DNA of 49,822 bases from Flavobacteriaceae bacterium (GTDB lineage Bacteria > Bacteroidota > Bacteroidia > Flavobacteriales > Flavobacteriaceae), in contig JALRDC010000117.1 in the NCBI GenBank assembly GCA_023262245.1, forward strand, positions 1 to 49,822, in the 5' to 3' direction. A model generated the notes under the pieces. It saw only the letters and a list, made by a program, of their open reading frames with translations. It ran no database searches and was not told the DNA's origin. Numbering within the stretch: position 1 is the first letter of the stretch; each line of letters opens with the position of its first letter. Made by a program: the position numbers and the translations under genes. Positions 28,197 to 38,061 of the stretch are shown here, one piece after another.

Positions 28197-29021
28197 ATGA
28201 AGCAATATCTCGACCTCCTTAAGCATGTTCAAACGCAGGGTACAAAAAAGTCGGACCGAACGGGTACCGGAACCAAGAGTGTTTTTGGATACCAAATGCG
28301 TTTTGATCTTTCGGAAGGCTTTCCTCTAGTCACTACAAAGAAAATCCATGTAAAGTCTGTAATTCACGAATTGCTTTGGTTTTTAAAAGGAACTACAAAC
28401 ATTGCCTACCTTCAAGAAAACGGTGTTCGAATTTGGAATGAATGGGCTGACGAAAAAGGAGATTTAGGTCCTGTTTACGGGCATCAATGGAGAAATTGGA
28501 ACAGCGAAGGTCTTGATCAAATAGAAGAGGTTATCCAGATGCTAAAAACCAATCCTGACTCTAGAAGAATGCTTGTTTCTGCGTGGAACCCAAGTGTCCT
28601 GCCAGATACTTCGGTGTCTTTTGCTGAGAATGTGGCAAATAATAAAGCCGCCCTTCCACCTTGTCATGCCTTTTTTCAGTTTTATGTCGCAAACAACAAG
28701 CTGTCTTGTCAATTGTACCAACGTAGTGCAGATGTTTTTTTAGGCGTTCCATTTAATATCGCTTCTTATGCCTTGCTCACCTTAATGGTTGCTCAGGTAT
28801 GTGGATATGAAGCAGGAGATTTCATACATACTTTTGGAGATGTCCATATCTATTCCAATCATGAGGAACAAGTTAAAGAGCAGTTGTCACGTTCGCCCAA
28901 GCCACTGCCTAGGATGAAATTGAATCCAAAAATTACTTCTCTTTTTGATTTTACCTATGAAGACTTTGAATTACTTAATTACGACCCTCATCCTTTAATT
29001 CGAGGAACAGTGGCCGTTTAA
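28197..29021 (+). CDS. thyA: thymidylate synthase
   Basis: 274 aa with motifs DRTGTGT, the catalytic-Cys context [12 protein letters not shown], and [17 protein letters not shown]. Confidence 0.95.
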   Translation: MKQYLDLLKHVQTQGTKKSDRTGTGTKSVFGYQMRFDLSEGFPLVTTKKIHVKSVIHELLWFLKGTTNIAYLQENGVRIWNEWADEKGDLGPVYGHQWRNWNSEGLDQIEEVIQMLKTNPDSRRMLVSAWNPSVLPDTSVSFAENVANNKAALPPCHAFFQFYVANNKLSCQLYQRSADVFLGVPFNIASYALLTLMVAQVCGYEAGDFIHTFGDVHIYSNHEEQVKEQLSRSPKPLPRMKLNPKITSLFDFTYEDFELLNYDPHPLIRGTVAV

Positions 29022-30055
29022 GCAGTCGAATTTTTTAAGGCACTTATTAACTTGTTGAGGTCTTCCTCTGTATTGTAGTAATGGAATGATACCCGCACTC
29101 CCTTTCCTCTTTGGACACATTGTATGTTTTGATTTAACAAATCTTCATAAAGCTTTTCTTTTCCTTCTAAAATAAAGATACTGCTGTGTTGTTTTCGATG
29201 GGAAACCCACGAAGGAATAAACCCGTATTCGCTTAAGGTTTGTTTCACTTTTTCGGTTAGCTTATTCTTTTGAAATATTAATTTATCGAATCCTTGCTCT
29301 TCAAAGGTGGAGACAGCAAACTTTAAACTGGCTGCGGCCAAAATATTAAAGTGTCCATTAAATACACGTTTGTATAGTGCACTCTTTTTTTGTTGAACCC
29401 GATCTAAATAGGCCTGTGAAATCATCAAAATGCCATTGCCAAAACCTGCCAACATCCACTTATATCCACTCGCAACTACAACATCAAACGGAGCAGTATC
29501 AAAATGAAAATGATGTGCTCCTAAAAATTGCGTTCCATCCCCTACAATTAATAAATCAGGATAGCGCTCCTTGAGATCCTTTAAAAATTCTATATCAATT
29601 AGCAAGCCCGATGCGTATTGCACAATGCTCAATGCCAAAATATCAATCTTATCTTTGGCAAGCTTTTGTTCGATTACTTCCTCTAGGTTATTTTGCATGG
29701 GAACTTTATGAAGGCTAAAGTCCCCTTCTTCAAATGCAGTTACTAGAGAGGGATAGTCTTCATCGACTAAAAGAACCTCGAGTTTTTTAGTAAAAAAGGA
29801 TAAAGCATGACGAATTCCAACAGAAAAATTAGGAATGACAAAGGTGTGATCCGGTTGCGCTCCAAAAAAGTGAGCCAACGATTTATGGGTTTCATCTAAG
29901 GTTTCGTAGGCCTTACTCTTGTAATCCCCACCTTTTTGAACAAATTCTTCCTCTTGCTTCCTTCTAAACTTCGCTAATCCTCTGGACATTGGGCCTACAT
30001 AAGCTGTGTTAAGATAGGTGGTATTTGTTAATAATGGAAAATTGTCTGTGTACAT
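29018..30055 (-). CDS. class V aminotransferase-fold PLP enzyme (cysteine desulfurase / epimerase-like)
   Basis: It has a class-V-like pattern ([18 protein letters not shown] with the putative PLP lysine). The track start at 30085 is GTG. The ATG at 30055 (MYTDNFPLL) is preferred but uncertain. Confidence 0.6.
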   Translation of the reverse strand: MYTDNFPLLTNTTYLNTAYVGPMSRGLAKFRRKQEEEFVQKGGDYKSKAYETLDETHKSLAHFFGAQPDHTFVIPNFSVGIRHALSFFTKKLEVLLVDEDYPSLVTAFEEGDFSLHKVPMQNNLEEVIEQKLAKDKIDILALSIVQYASGLLIDIEFLKDLKERYPDLLIVGDGTQFLGAHHFHFDTAPFDVVVASGYKWMLAGFGNGILMISQAYLDRVQQKKSALYKRVFNGHFNILAAASLKFAVSTFEEQGFDKLIFQKNKLTEKVKQTLSEYGFIPSWVSHRKQHSSIFILEGKEKLYEDLLNQNIQCVQRGKGVRVSFHYYNTEEDLNKLISALKNSTA

Positions 30056-30105
30056 CAATGTAGAAGAAAGCTGTATTTTAGCCACAAAAATAATCTTTTC
30101 TCAAG

Positions 30106-30615
30106 ATGAATAATCAAAATTCTACCCAAGAAGTAACACTTATTGCAGCGGCATCGGAAAACAATGTCTTGGGAAAAGACAATCAATTGATATGGCATCT
30201 ATCTGACGATTTAAAACGTTTTAAACAATTTACTCTAGGACACGCCGTAATCATGGGTAGAAAAACCTTTGAATCCCTTCCAAAAGCCTTGCCTAATAGA
30301 ACCAATATCGTCCTCACAAGAAGGAGCGACTACAAAGCAGAAAATGCACAGGTTGTTCAAACCGCCGAAGCTGCTTTAGCTCTTACCAAGGAAGACCCCA
30401 CCCCTTTTATTATAGGTGGTGGAGAAATATACAATCTTTTTCTACCCTGGGCTCATAAAATAGAGTTGACACGAATTCACAAAGTTTTCGAAGGAGATGC
30501 TTTTTTTCCAGAAATTGATCCACAACAATGGAAATTGATTGCATCACAAAAACATCCTGCCATAGCAGAACGAGATTTTTCTTTTTCATATTTAACTTAC
30601 CAAAAGAACCATTAA
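30106..30615 (+). CDS. folA: dihydrofolate reductase
   Basis: 169 aa with motifs LIAAASENNVLGKDNQLIW, VIMGRKTFESL and IIGGGEIY. Confidence 0.9.
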   Translation: MNNQNSTQEVTLIAAASENNVLGKDNQLIWHLSDDLKRFKQFTLGHAVIMGRKTFESLPKALPNRTNIVLTRRSDYKAENAQVVQTAEAALALTKEDPTPFIIGGGEIYNLFLPWAHKIELTRIHKVFEGDAFFPEIDPQQWKLIASQKHPAIAERDFSFSYLTYQKNH

Positions 30616-31494
30616 ATGAAAGCGTATGTTTTTCCGGGTCAAGGTGCTCAATTTCCAGGCATGGGAAAAGACCTATTTGAAAATTCTAAGCGAGCGCAAA
30701 AACGTTTTGAACACGCTAATGATATTTTAGGATTTTCTATTACTGAGATTATGTTTGGCGATGATGCCGAGGCATTAAAAGAAACACGAGTAACTCAGCC
30801 TGCCATCTTTCTCCACGCAACTATTTTAAGTGAAGTTATGGGTGAAAGGTTTCAACCAGAAATGGTAGCGGGGCATTCTCTTGGAGAGTTTTCTGCCTTA
30901 GTAGCTGCCCGTGTGTTGAGTTTTGAAGACGGCTTGCGCCTGGTCCAGGAAAGAGCTTTAGCAATGCAAGCAGCGTGCGATGTAGAACCAGGTACAATGG
31001 CTGCCATCCTAGGTCTTGAAGACCACCTAGTTGAATCCATTTGTAATGAAACAGAGGGAATCGTGATTGCAGCGAATTATAATTGCCCCGGACAATTAGT
31101 CATTTCTGGCAGTCAAAAAGCGGTAGAAAAAGCTTGTGATGCATTAAGTAAAGCAGGAGCTAGAAGAGCGCTTATCCTTCCTGTAGGAGGAGCGTTTCAC
31201 TCTCCCTTAATGGAACCTGCTAAAGAACGTTTGGCAAAAGCCATTGAGCATACTGAATTCTCTAATTCTAGTTGTCCCGTATATCAAAATGTGTGTGCTA
31301 CTGGAATCGTGGATTCAAAAGAACTCAAAGCCAACCTGATTGCCCAACTAACAGCGCCTGTTCGGTGGACACAAAGTGTGCAGCAAATGATTGCTGATGG
31401 AGCGACTCATTTCACTGAAGTGGGCCCAGGAAAGGTGCTTCAAGGCTTGGTCAAGAAAATTGATGGGAGTATGGAAACGAGCTCGGGGGGGTAA
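30616..31494 (+). CDS. fabD: malonyl-CoA:ACP transacylase
   Basis: 292 aa with motifs FPGQGAQ, the active-site GHSLGEFSA, and GGAFHSPLM. Its ATG abuts the folA stop (TAAATG). Confidence 0.9.
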   Translation: MKAYVFPGQGAQFPGMGKDLFENSKRAQKRFEHANDILGFSITEIMFGDDAEALKETRVTQPAIFLHATILSEVMGERFQPEMVAGHSLGEFSALVAARVLSFEDGLRLVQERALAMQAACDVEPGTMAAILGLEDHLVESICNETEGIVIAANYNCPGQLVISGSQKAVEKACDALSKAGARRALILPVGGAFHSPLMEPAKERLAKAIEHTEFSNSSCPVYQNVCATGIVDSKELKANLIAQLTAPVRWTQSVQQMIADGATHFTEVGPGKVLQGLVKKIDGSMETSSGG

Positions 31495-31497
31495 GCA

Positions 31498-32778
31498 CTA
31501 TTTGTTTTTATACACTTTTCCATTTTTCATAACAAAACTTACTTTGCTTAATGCGGTAACATCCTCTAGCGCATTTACATCTGTTGCTATAATATCTGCT
31601 AAAAATCCAGGAGCAATTTGACCCAACTGATCTTCCATATCCAAGATTTTAGCGTTTACTAGAGTTGCTGATTGAAGTGCTTCGGCTACAGGCATTCCTG
31701 CTTCATTCATATAGATAAATTCTTTGGCATTATCTCCATGAGGATATACTCCAGCATCCGTCCCAAAAGCAATGGGAACTCCAAACTTATAGGCTTTCTC
31801 AAAAGTGTCCTGAATTTGAGCTCCTATGGCTATTGCCTTAGGGACAATGATTTTAGGGTAAGATCCTGGGATTTTTGCTTGCTCGGCTACAAATTTTCCT
31901 GCTGAAATGGTCGCTACTAAGTACGCCTGTTTTTCTTTCATCAATTCCATAGTCCTTTTTTCAATAAGCGTTCCATGCTCAATTGTAGTGACCCCATTCG
32001 CCACAGCACGATACATTCCCTCATCACCATGTGCGTGGGCTGCCACTTTAAATCCGTAGTCTGATGCTGTTTTTGTAATGGAAGCGATTTCTTCGTTAGT
32101 GAATTGTGGATTTTGACCACTTTTTGCAACACTTAACACCCCTCCTGTAGCAGTAATTTTAATCCAGTCCGCTCCATTTTTATAACGTTGACGAATGGCT
32201 TTACGAGCATCGTCAACAGAATTGATGACTCCATCCTTTGGTCCCGGATCTCCTTGAAAATCCACCTTAAAACCGTTGGTAGGATCTGCATGCCCTCCCG
32301 TGGTTCCGATGGCTTTTCCAGCAGTGAAAATTCTAGGACCCATGGCAATTCCTTTATTAATTGCGTTTCTCAACGCTATGTTTACACCACTTCCTCCCAT
32401 GTCTCTTACCGTAGTAAAACCTGCCATTAAAGTACGTGAAGCAATTTCGGCAGCTTCAAAAGCAGTATCTGCGGGATTGTTTTGAAAAACTTTTAAGTAG
32501 CGGTCTGGACTGTACTCTCCTTCGATATGAACGTGCATGTCTATAAATCCAGGATAAATAGTTTTTGATTTTAAATCAATAATTATTGCATCTTGGGATT
32601 CGGGGTTTTGATAACCCTTTTCTACCGCTATAATTTTTTCGTTTTCCACAACTAAAGTGTGGGGGCCTAACATTTTAGCTTTTTTAGAATCAAATACTTG
32701 TCCACAATGAAGGTAAGTTGTTTGAGCCCAAGATCCTATACTAAATAATATTGCTATAAAGAACGTAGTTTTTTTCAT
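31498..32778 (-). CDS. secreted amidohydrolase-superfamily metallohydrolase
   Basis: 426 aa with a signal peptide (MKKTTFFIAILFSIGSWAQ), the HxH motif PGFIDMHVHIEGE, and later AHAHG and FGTDAG motifs. Confidence 0.75.
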   Translation of the reverse strand: MKKTTFFIAILFSIGSWAQTTYLHCGQVFDSKKAKMLGPHTLVVENEKIIAVEKGYQNPESQDAIIIDLKSKTIYPGFIDMHVHIEGEYSPDRYLKVFQNNPADTAFEAAEIASRTLMAGFTTVRDMGGSGVNIALRNAINKGIAMGPRIFTAGKAIGTTGGHADPTNGFKVDFQGDPGPKDGVINSVDDARKAIRQRYKNGADWIKITATGGVLSVAKSGQNPQFTNEEIASITKTASDYGFKVAAHAHGDEGMYRAVANGVTTIEHGTLIEKRTMELMKEKQAYLVATISAGKFVAEQAKIPGSYPKIIVPKAIAIGAQIQDTFEKAYKFGVPIAFGTDAGVYPHGDNAKEFIYMNEAGMPVAEALQSATLVNAKILDMEDQLGQIAPGFLADIIATDVNALEDVTALSKVSFVMKNGKVYKNK

Positions 32779-32816
32779 GCCGTTTTTTTTATGTGATATC
32801 GTTTTTTTTTTATTTT

Positions 32817-33953
32817 CTATTTGTTGTTCATAAAGCTCAAGACTTTAGTACTAATATATTCAATTTGTTTTGAGTTTAACTCAGAATGCATGGGTAATGA
32901 AATTACTTCTTTAACTAATTGATTGGTAACAGGAAAAATTGTATCATCCGTTTGAGGGTCTTTATAAGCCTTTTGTTTATGCAAGGGTACAGGGTAGTAA
33001 ATCCCGCAAGGGATGTTCTGCTCCTTGAGGTAACTTGCTAAGTCATCACGCTTCCCGTTTGTAATCCTTAGGGTATATTGATGATATACATGAGAATCAC
33101 AATCGGCTGCCCGAAAGGGTGTTAAGAGATCTGGATGGGATTCCAAAGCTTGCGTGTATTTTAAGGCGGCTTCTTTTCTGCGTTCATTATAAAAGTCTAA
33201 GTATTGTAATTTGACTTTTAGAACTGCAGCCTGTAATGCATCTAAACGCGAATTAACCCCTACTACATCGTGATAATATGGTTTATACATCCCGTGGTTT
33301 ACAATGCCCCGTAAAAACGCTGCAAGCTGATCATCATTAGTAAAAATTGCTCCCCCATCCCCATAGGCACCTAGATTTTTTGAGGGAAAAAAAGAAGTTG
33401 CTGCCAAGTGACCTAAAGTTCCCGTTTTGGCTTTTCTTCCGTCGGGAAAAGTATACTGTGCCCCTATGCCTTGAGCATTGTCTTCAATTACATACAACTG
33501 ATGCCTTTCTGCTATACTTAAAATTTGATCCATAGCTGCAGCTTGACCAAAGAGATGAACAGGTATGATTGCCTTAGTTTTTGGAGTAATGGCCTTTTCG
33601 ATTGCTTTTGGATCAATATTAAAAGTCTTTGGATTTACATCGACTAGTATGGGTTTTAATTTTAGTAAGGAAATAACCTCAACAGTTGCTGCAAAGGTAA
33701 AATCAGCAGTAATAATTTCATCTCCCGGTTCGAGTTGTAAACTCATCAAAGCAATCTGTAAGGCATCTGTCCCATTGGCACAGGGAATGACATGTTTCAC
33801 TTGAAGATAGGATTCTAAATCGTGCTGAAAGGCCTGAACCATAGGCCCATTTATAAAGGTGGTTTGTTCTAATACTTCCTCCATAGCTAGAGCTACCTCC
33901 TCTTTAATGAAGTCGTATTGTTTTTTTAAATCCACCATTTTAATGGAATCCAT
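32817..33953 (-). CDS. DegT/DnrJ/EryC1/StrS-family sugar aminotransferase
   Basis: 378 aa with motifs CANGTDAL, the PLP-lysine region SFFPSKNLGAYGDGG, and a C-terminal ISLPMH. Confidence 0.85.
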   Translation of the reverse strand: MDSIKMVDLKKQYDFIKEEVALAMEEVLEQTTFINGPMVQAFQHDLESYLQVKHVIPCANGTDALQIALMSLQLEPGDEIITADFTFAATVEVISLLKLKPILVDVNPKTFNIDPKAIEKAITPKTKAIIPVHLFGQAAAMDQILSIAERHQLYVIEDNAQGIGAQYTFPDGRKAKTGTLGHLAATSFFPSKNLGAYGDGGAIFTNDDQLAAFLRGIVNHGMYKPYYHDVVGVNSRLDALQAAVLKVKLQYLDFYNERRKEAALKYTQALESHPDLLTPFRAADCDSHVYHQYTLRITNGKRDDLASYLKEQNIPCGIYYPVPLHKQKAYKDPQTDDTIFPVTNQLVKEVISLPMHSELNSKQIEYISTKVLSFMNNK

Positions 33954-33991
33954 AGAGCTTAGGGTTTGTACAAATATAATGAGGAAATCTG

Positions 33992-34834
33992 CTAAATAAG
34001 TGTTTGAAAACGCTTGGGTATTTTAATCACATTCGCTGTCCGTATCGGGGCAGGTTTATTCCAAGCATACCATTTTCTATTTTTTGTAAAATAATTTCGT
34101 GCCAAAGGGAAAAAAGTTGAGGCTTCTAGAGGATTTTGGGTCTTTAGTGCTTCATATAAATTTCTTCTTCGGTCAAAATGCGCTTTCCATCCCATTTTTA
34201 AGAGTTCACTGTCTCCTGCTTTTTGATGACTTGTTTGATAGTCAATTAAACCAAAATGAAATAAATACAAATTAGCATCAATTTTAAAATTTTCTCCTTT
34301 GATACGATGAAATCCAGCTCCCCAATTTAAAGGTTTAAAACTTACTGAAGGCTTGGTATAACGGTCAGAAACTTGGGCAAAAGAACGTTGAGATAAAAAG
34401 GGTTTTTTAGGGTCTATTTTTACTTCTAAGTTTGGATGTTGACCTACATCTAAACCAAGACCTGACAATGACGTTGCTTTAGATTCTTGTTGTAAATAGG
34501 TCTTGAGAGAAGCTCCAACGTTTGGGTCAAGAACCAGAAATTCGTCGATATCAACTGCTAAAACAGCATGATATTCAGGAAATAATTGTTGTGCAAATTC
34601 TGAGATTTTTCTTGCCCGATTCCGATCTCCTTGTGCTCTTCTTTCTTCTTTATGTGGGATTTGAAAGTAATTTATTTTTAAAGCTGCTTCTGGAACCTTT
34701 TGATCCATTCCATCTATAAATAGATAAAGGTGTTCGAATCCTAAATGTTTTCCGTAATAAGAAATCCATTTTTCTGTAAAAAAAGAATCGTTGCGCACCA
34801 TCGAAATCACCGCTACAGGTTTTTGTGTTTTCAT
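33992..34834 (-). CDS. putative glycosyltransferase (GT-A fold, DxD-like DIDEF)
   Basis: 280 aa. It has an N-terminal VAVISMVRNDS stretch and a DIDEF acidic motif typical of GT2-like enzymes. It shares a 4-nt overlap with the upstream Stealth gene. Family assignment is tentative. Confidence 0.5.
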   Translation of the reverse strand: MKTQKPVAVISMVRNDSFFTEKWISYYGKHLGFEHLYLFIDGMDQKVPEAALKINYFQIPHKEERRAQGDRNRARKISEFAQQLFPEYHAVLAVDIDEFLVLDPNVGASLKTYLQQESKATSLSGLGLDVGQHPNLEVKIDPKKPFLSQRSFAQVSDRYTKPSVSFKPLNWGAGFHRIKGENFKIDANLYLFHFGLIDYQTSHQKAGDSELLKMGWKAHFDRRRNLYEALKTQNPLEASTFFPLARNYFTKNRKWYAWNKPAPIRTANVIKIPKRFQTLI

Positions 34835-35832
34835 GTGATTTGGGTTTCTAAAAGCTGATTCATTCTATTAAAAACTTCGTCTTGATGTTTTTTTGTAGCC
34901 AACTCTAAACTTTGAACACACAAAAAATAGTTTTGTTCTTCTTCCAAAGCCTGTTTGAACTTGCGTGCTACATAGTTTGTATCCTTTTTGTAGGGCTGCA
35001 TATATACAGCCTGAGGCTTTGAAATAGTTCTATTTCCTGCTAAAAGTTCAAGGTGGTTTGCTAACGCAACTGTGTTGAATTGGGAATATACTCGGAATCG
35101 ATGTTTAATATTTTCAGAAAGAATATGAGGATGCGTAGTAAAATATTCTTCCAAACGCTCTCTGTTTAAGGCTAGGGGAGTATGTCCTGATCGAAAATAC
35201 CTCATTTTAAAACCTAATAAGCGTGCCGCATTCCACTGATTGACTTGAAAAGAAGGTTGGCGTTCTTTTGTGTTGGAAAAAAAAGTTTTTCCAATCATCT
35301 CTTTTATACGATCCCAGATTAATCGTTCATAAGGAGGAAAAACCCATTTTCCGCGAAGAACAGGACTTCCTTTTTTAAACCATGTTGAAGGAGTTACGGG
35401 ACGTATCAAAAATATGTCATCGTTAAAATATACAAACTGCTTGGCCAAACCTTTGATCCTCCATAACATATTGGATATACAAATACTATTGAATGTGGGG
35501 AGATGGGTTTCATAATCTTCAAATATTTCTTTGTGATCAACAATTTGCACATCCGAAATCCGATCTGGAAAGTACTCTTTGACCACTTGATCGACTCCAG
35601 GATTTTGGTTATCGGTAACAATAAAAATTTTTCTTACAAAAGGGGCAAATTTTAAAATAGACAGGAGGCAATAACTCACCTCATTTAGGGAATGGAATCG
35701 CGTTTGATCTGCTCCAGGAAGCTTCTCTTGCATTTCAGGATTCAGATACTGCATACGCTTATTATAGAGCTGAGGATCGGATCCGTCTACCCAAGCTATA
35801 ACGACATCTATAGGGCTCGTTTTTTCTTTCAT
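34831..35832 (-). CDS. Stealth-family (CR1-CR4) hexose-1-phosphate transferase-like protein
   Basis: 333 aa. CR1-like IDVVIAWVDGSDP, CR2-like LNEVSYCLLSILKFAPFVRKIFIVTDNQNP and CR3-like VDHKEIF...LPTFNS are all present. Confidence 0.7.
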   Translation of the reverse strand: MKEKTSPIDVVIAWVDGSDPQLYNKRMQYLNPEMQEKLPGADQTRFHSLNEVSYCLLSILKFAPFVRKIFIVTDNQNPGVDQVVKEYFPDRISDVQIVDHKEIFEDYETHLPTFNSICISNMLWRIKGLAKQFVYFNDDIFLIRPVTPSTWFKKGSPVLRGKWVFPPYERLIWDRIKEMIGKTFFSNTKERQPSFQVNQWNAARLLGFKMRYFRSGHTPLALNRERLEEYFTTHPHILSENIKHRFRVYSQFNTVALANHLELLAGNRTISKPQAVYMQPYKKDTNYVARKFKQALEEEQNYFLCVQSLELATKKHQDEVFNRMNQLLETQIT

Positions 35833-35842
35833 TTATACTTTT

Positions 35843-35850
35843 CAAAGATA
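35843..35850 (-). promoter_or_regulatory. -7 box (TATCTTTG) upstream of the Stealth gene
   Basis: Exact TAnnTTTG match on the minus strand, 10 nt upstream of the ATG at 35832. Confidence 0.35.
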
Positions 35851-35917
35851 AGAAATTGCAAGTTGCTCGAAATAGAAAAATAGTGAACTCAGGAACATTA
35901 TCGACAGAAAGGAATTG

Positions 35918-35925
35918 TATATTTG
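35918..35925 (+). promoter_or_regulatory. -7 box (TATATTTG) upstream of alkaline phosphatase
   Basis: Exact TAnnTTTG match 12 nt upstream of the ATG at 35938. Confidence 0.35.
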
Positions 35926-35937
35926 AGGTAAAATTTA

Positions 35938-36996
35938 ATGATGAATAAATATCTTTTCATTTTAACATTTCTGACTGCTCAGATGATGATGAGTCAAAAC
36001 GAACAACCCAATATCATTTTGATGATTGGAGATGGTATGGGATTAACCCAAATCAGTTCAGGTATGTATGCCCATCAGAACACAACTGTTCTAGAAGAGT
36101 TTAAGTACATAGGATTGTCGAAGACTCATTCACTGGATCAGTTGGTTACGGATTCTGCAGCTTCAGGAACAGCTATGGCCTCTGGTGTTAAAACAGGAAA
36201 TGGTGTTATTGGAATTGATGGAAAAAACAATTTCAAACAAAGCATATTGGAAATTTCTAAAGAGCGAGGGTATAAAGCTGCACTTGTGGTTACCTCTAGC
36301 ATTGTTCATGCTACCCCAGCCTCATTTTACGCTAAAGTACACTCAAGAAACTATTATGAAACAATTGCACTTCAACTGAGTGAACATGAGGTAGATATTT
36401 TTGCAGGAGGAGGTAAAAAACATTTTATAGATAGAAAAGACAAGAGGAACCTTATTGAAGAAATGGCTGGCTACACTTTTGTTGAGGACATATCTGAATT
36501 TGAAGCAACAGAGTCTAAAAAAATAGGGTTTTTAACCTATGATGAAGAACCCCCTAATCTTATTGAGGGAAGAAAACCTGCGCTTGATAAGATGGTTTCT
36601 ATAAGTCTTGAAAAGTTGGAAAACCAAGGTGCTCCTTTTTTCATGTTAGTGGAAGGTTCTCAGATCGACTGGGGTGGACATGATAATGACATGAATTATT
36701 TATTAGCAGAATTCAAAGAATTTGATAAAACCCTTCGAGAAGTTTTGGATTTTGCAAAAAAAGATGGAAACACCCTTGTTATTGTTACTGCAGATCATGA
36801 AACAGGAGGGCTTTCTCTTGTGGGTGGAAATTACAAAAAAGGAAAGGTTAAGGGTAAATTTAATACGGAGGGGCATTCAGCGACTATGGTTCCTGTTTTT
36901 AGTTATGGTCCTTCTTCAGAAAAGTTTATCGGCATCTATGAAAACACCGCCATTTTTGATAAAATGCTTCAAGTCTTAGACGCAACTAAAAATTAG
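35938..36996 (+). CDS. secreted alkaline phosphatase (PhoA family)
   Basis: 352 aa with a signal peptide, the metal-site motif IGDGMGL, the nucleophile context VTDSAASGTA, and later DWGGHDN and ADHETGG. Confidence 0.85.
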   Translation: MMNKYLFILTFLTAQMMMSQNEQPNIILMIGDGMGLTQISSGMYAHQNTTVLEEFKYIGLSKTHSLDQLVTDSAASGTAMASGVKTGNGVIGIDGKNNFKQSILEISKERGYKAALVVTSSIVHATPASFYAKVHSRNYYETIALQLSEHEVDIFAGGGKKHFIDRKDKRNLIEEMAGYTFVEDISEFEATESKKIGFLTYDEEPPNLIEGRKPALDKMVSISLEKLENQGAPFFMLVEGSQIDWGGHDNDMNYLLAEFKEFDKTLREVLDFAKKDGNTLVIVTADHETGGLSLVGGNYKKGKVKGKFNTEGHSATMVPVFSYGPSSEKFIGIYENTAIFDKMLQVLDATKN

Positions 36997-36999
36997 GGT

Positions 37000-38019
37000 T
37001 TACTTAGTTCTTGCTTTTGAAACGATCGCTTTTTCAAAGTTTGAGTCGCTCTCTAACACCTCATAAAAGGCTTCCATAAATTCAAACATGTTTTCATATT
37101 CTTTTGGATTTGAAAACTCATTCTCAAAACTTGAAACGATCTGCATCAATTGAGATTTTTTTTCAATAAATTGTTCTCTCACTTGATCAAAATACTCTTG
37201 GTCTCTTTTGAATCCTCTGTACACTCTATCCTGAACCGAGCTAATACCTAGTGAAGAATTTACAGTAGCATAGCTTGGGTTGACCCATCCTGTCATATCA
37301 AAATCATAAGGTAAAGGGATGATTGTTTTATCTACGTAAAGTAGTTTCCCATTGTGTTGATAAGCAACAGAGAAATCTGTATTTCCAAGCAAGTACTGAA
37401 AAAAGGCATTTTGAACAGAGGTTAAATGTTGCATGGCCATAGGATGAATATATCGCTCAAACACTTTTCCTTCATGTCTTTTAGCAACTCGTTTATCGTC
37501 TTCTATAAGAAAGCCTTTGAGTTTAAAATCTTTGGTTTTCTTGCCTCTAATTTCATTAAAATCTATGTCAACTCTTCGGGTTTTAAAATGATAGGGAGAA
37601 ATTTGTTCATAAATTTTATACGCGATAAACTCTTGTAAAATGTTGTCATTATTTTCTGGTTCAAGCTTGCAGGGAAGAACCAATTTCAAAGACTTGTTCC
37701 CGTCAAATAGAGTTTCTTTGTAATGCTCTTTTTTAATTTTCATCTTAATTGGAGGGAAATAACACTCCGAGCGTCTAAAATTACCCCTTGCTCTTATGCT
37801 TACCTCTATTGAAGACCATTTTTCTTCATGAAGAAACTCCATGCTTGTTTTGATGTAAGTTGAATCATCCGTGTTCATATTAACTTCCTTGTTCGAATAA
37901 TTTAATTTAATATTCAAGGGAGTTTGATCCTTGTAAAGCAAATCGGATTTTATTGGTTTTTGTGCACTTACAAAGACGGATAATAACAAAATGAATGCAA
38001 AGATTCCTTGATTCTTCAT
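37000..38019 (-). CDS. secreted hypothetical protein, possibly CotH-like (atypical kinase fold)
   Basis: The preferred ATG at 38019 gives MKNQGIFAFILLLSVFVSAQ, a signal peptide; the TTG at 38052 is less likely. The mid region (LQEFIAYKIYEQISPYHFKTRRVDIDFNE...FLIEDDKRVAKRH) and the distal GNTDFSVAYQHNGKLLY...PYDFDMT resemble the CotH pattern. Assignment by eye only. Confidence 0.4.
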   Translation of the reverse strand: MKNQGIFAFILLLSVFVSAQKPIKSDLLYKDQTPLNIKLNYSNKEVNMNTDDSTYIKTSMEFLHEEKWSSIEVSIRARGNFRRSECYFPPIKMKIKKEHYKETLFDGNKSLKLVLPCKLEPENNDNILQEFIAYKIYEQISPYHFKTRRVDIDFNEIRGKKTKDFKLKGFLIEDDKRVAKRHEGKVFERYIHPMAMQHLTSVQNAFFQYLLGNTDFSVAYQHNGKLLYVDKTIIPLPYDFDMTGWVNPSYATVNSSLGISSVQDRVYRGFKRDQEYFDQVREQFIEKKSQLMQIVSSFENEFSNPKEYENMFEFMEAFYEVLESDSNFEKAIVSKARTK

Positions 38020-38061
38020 AATATAGTTAATAAATTTACTCAAATATAACAATAGTTTTTT

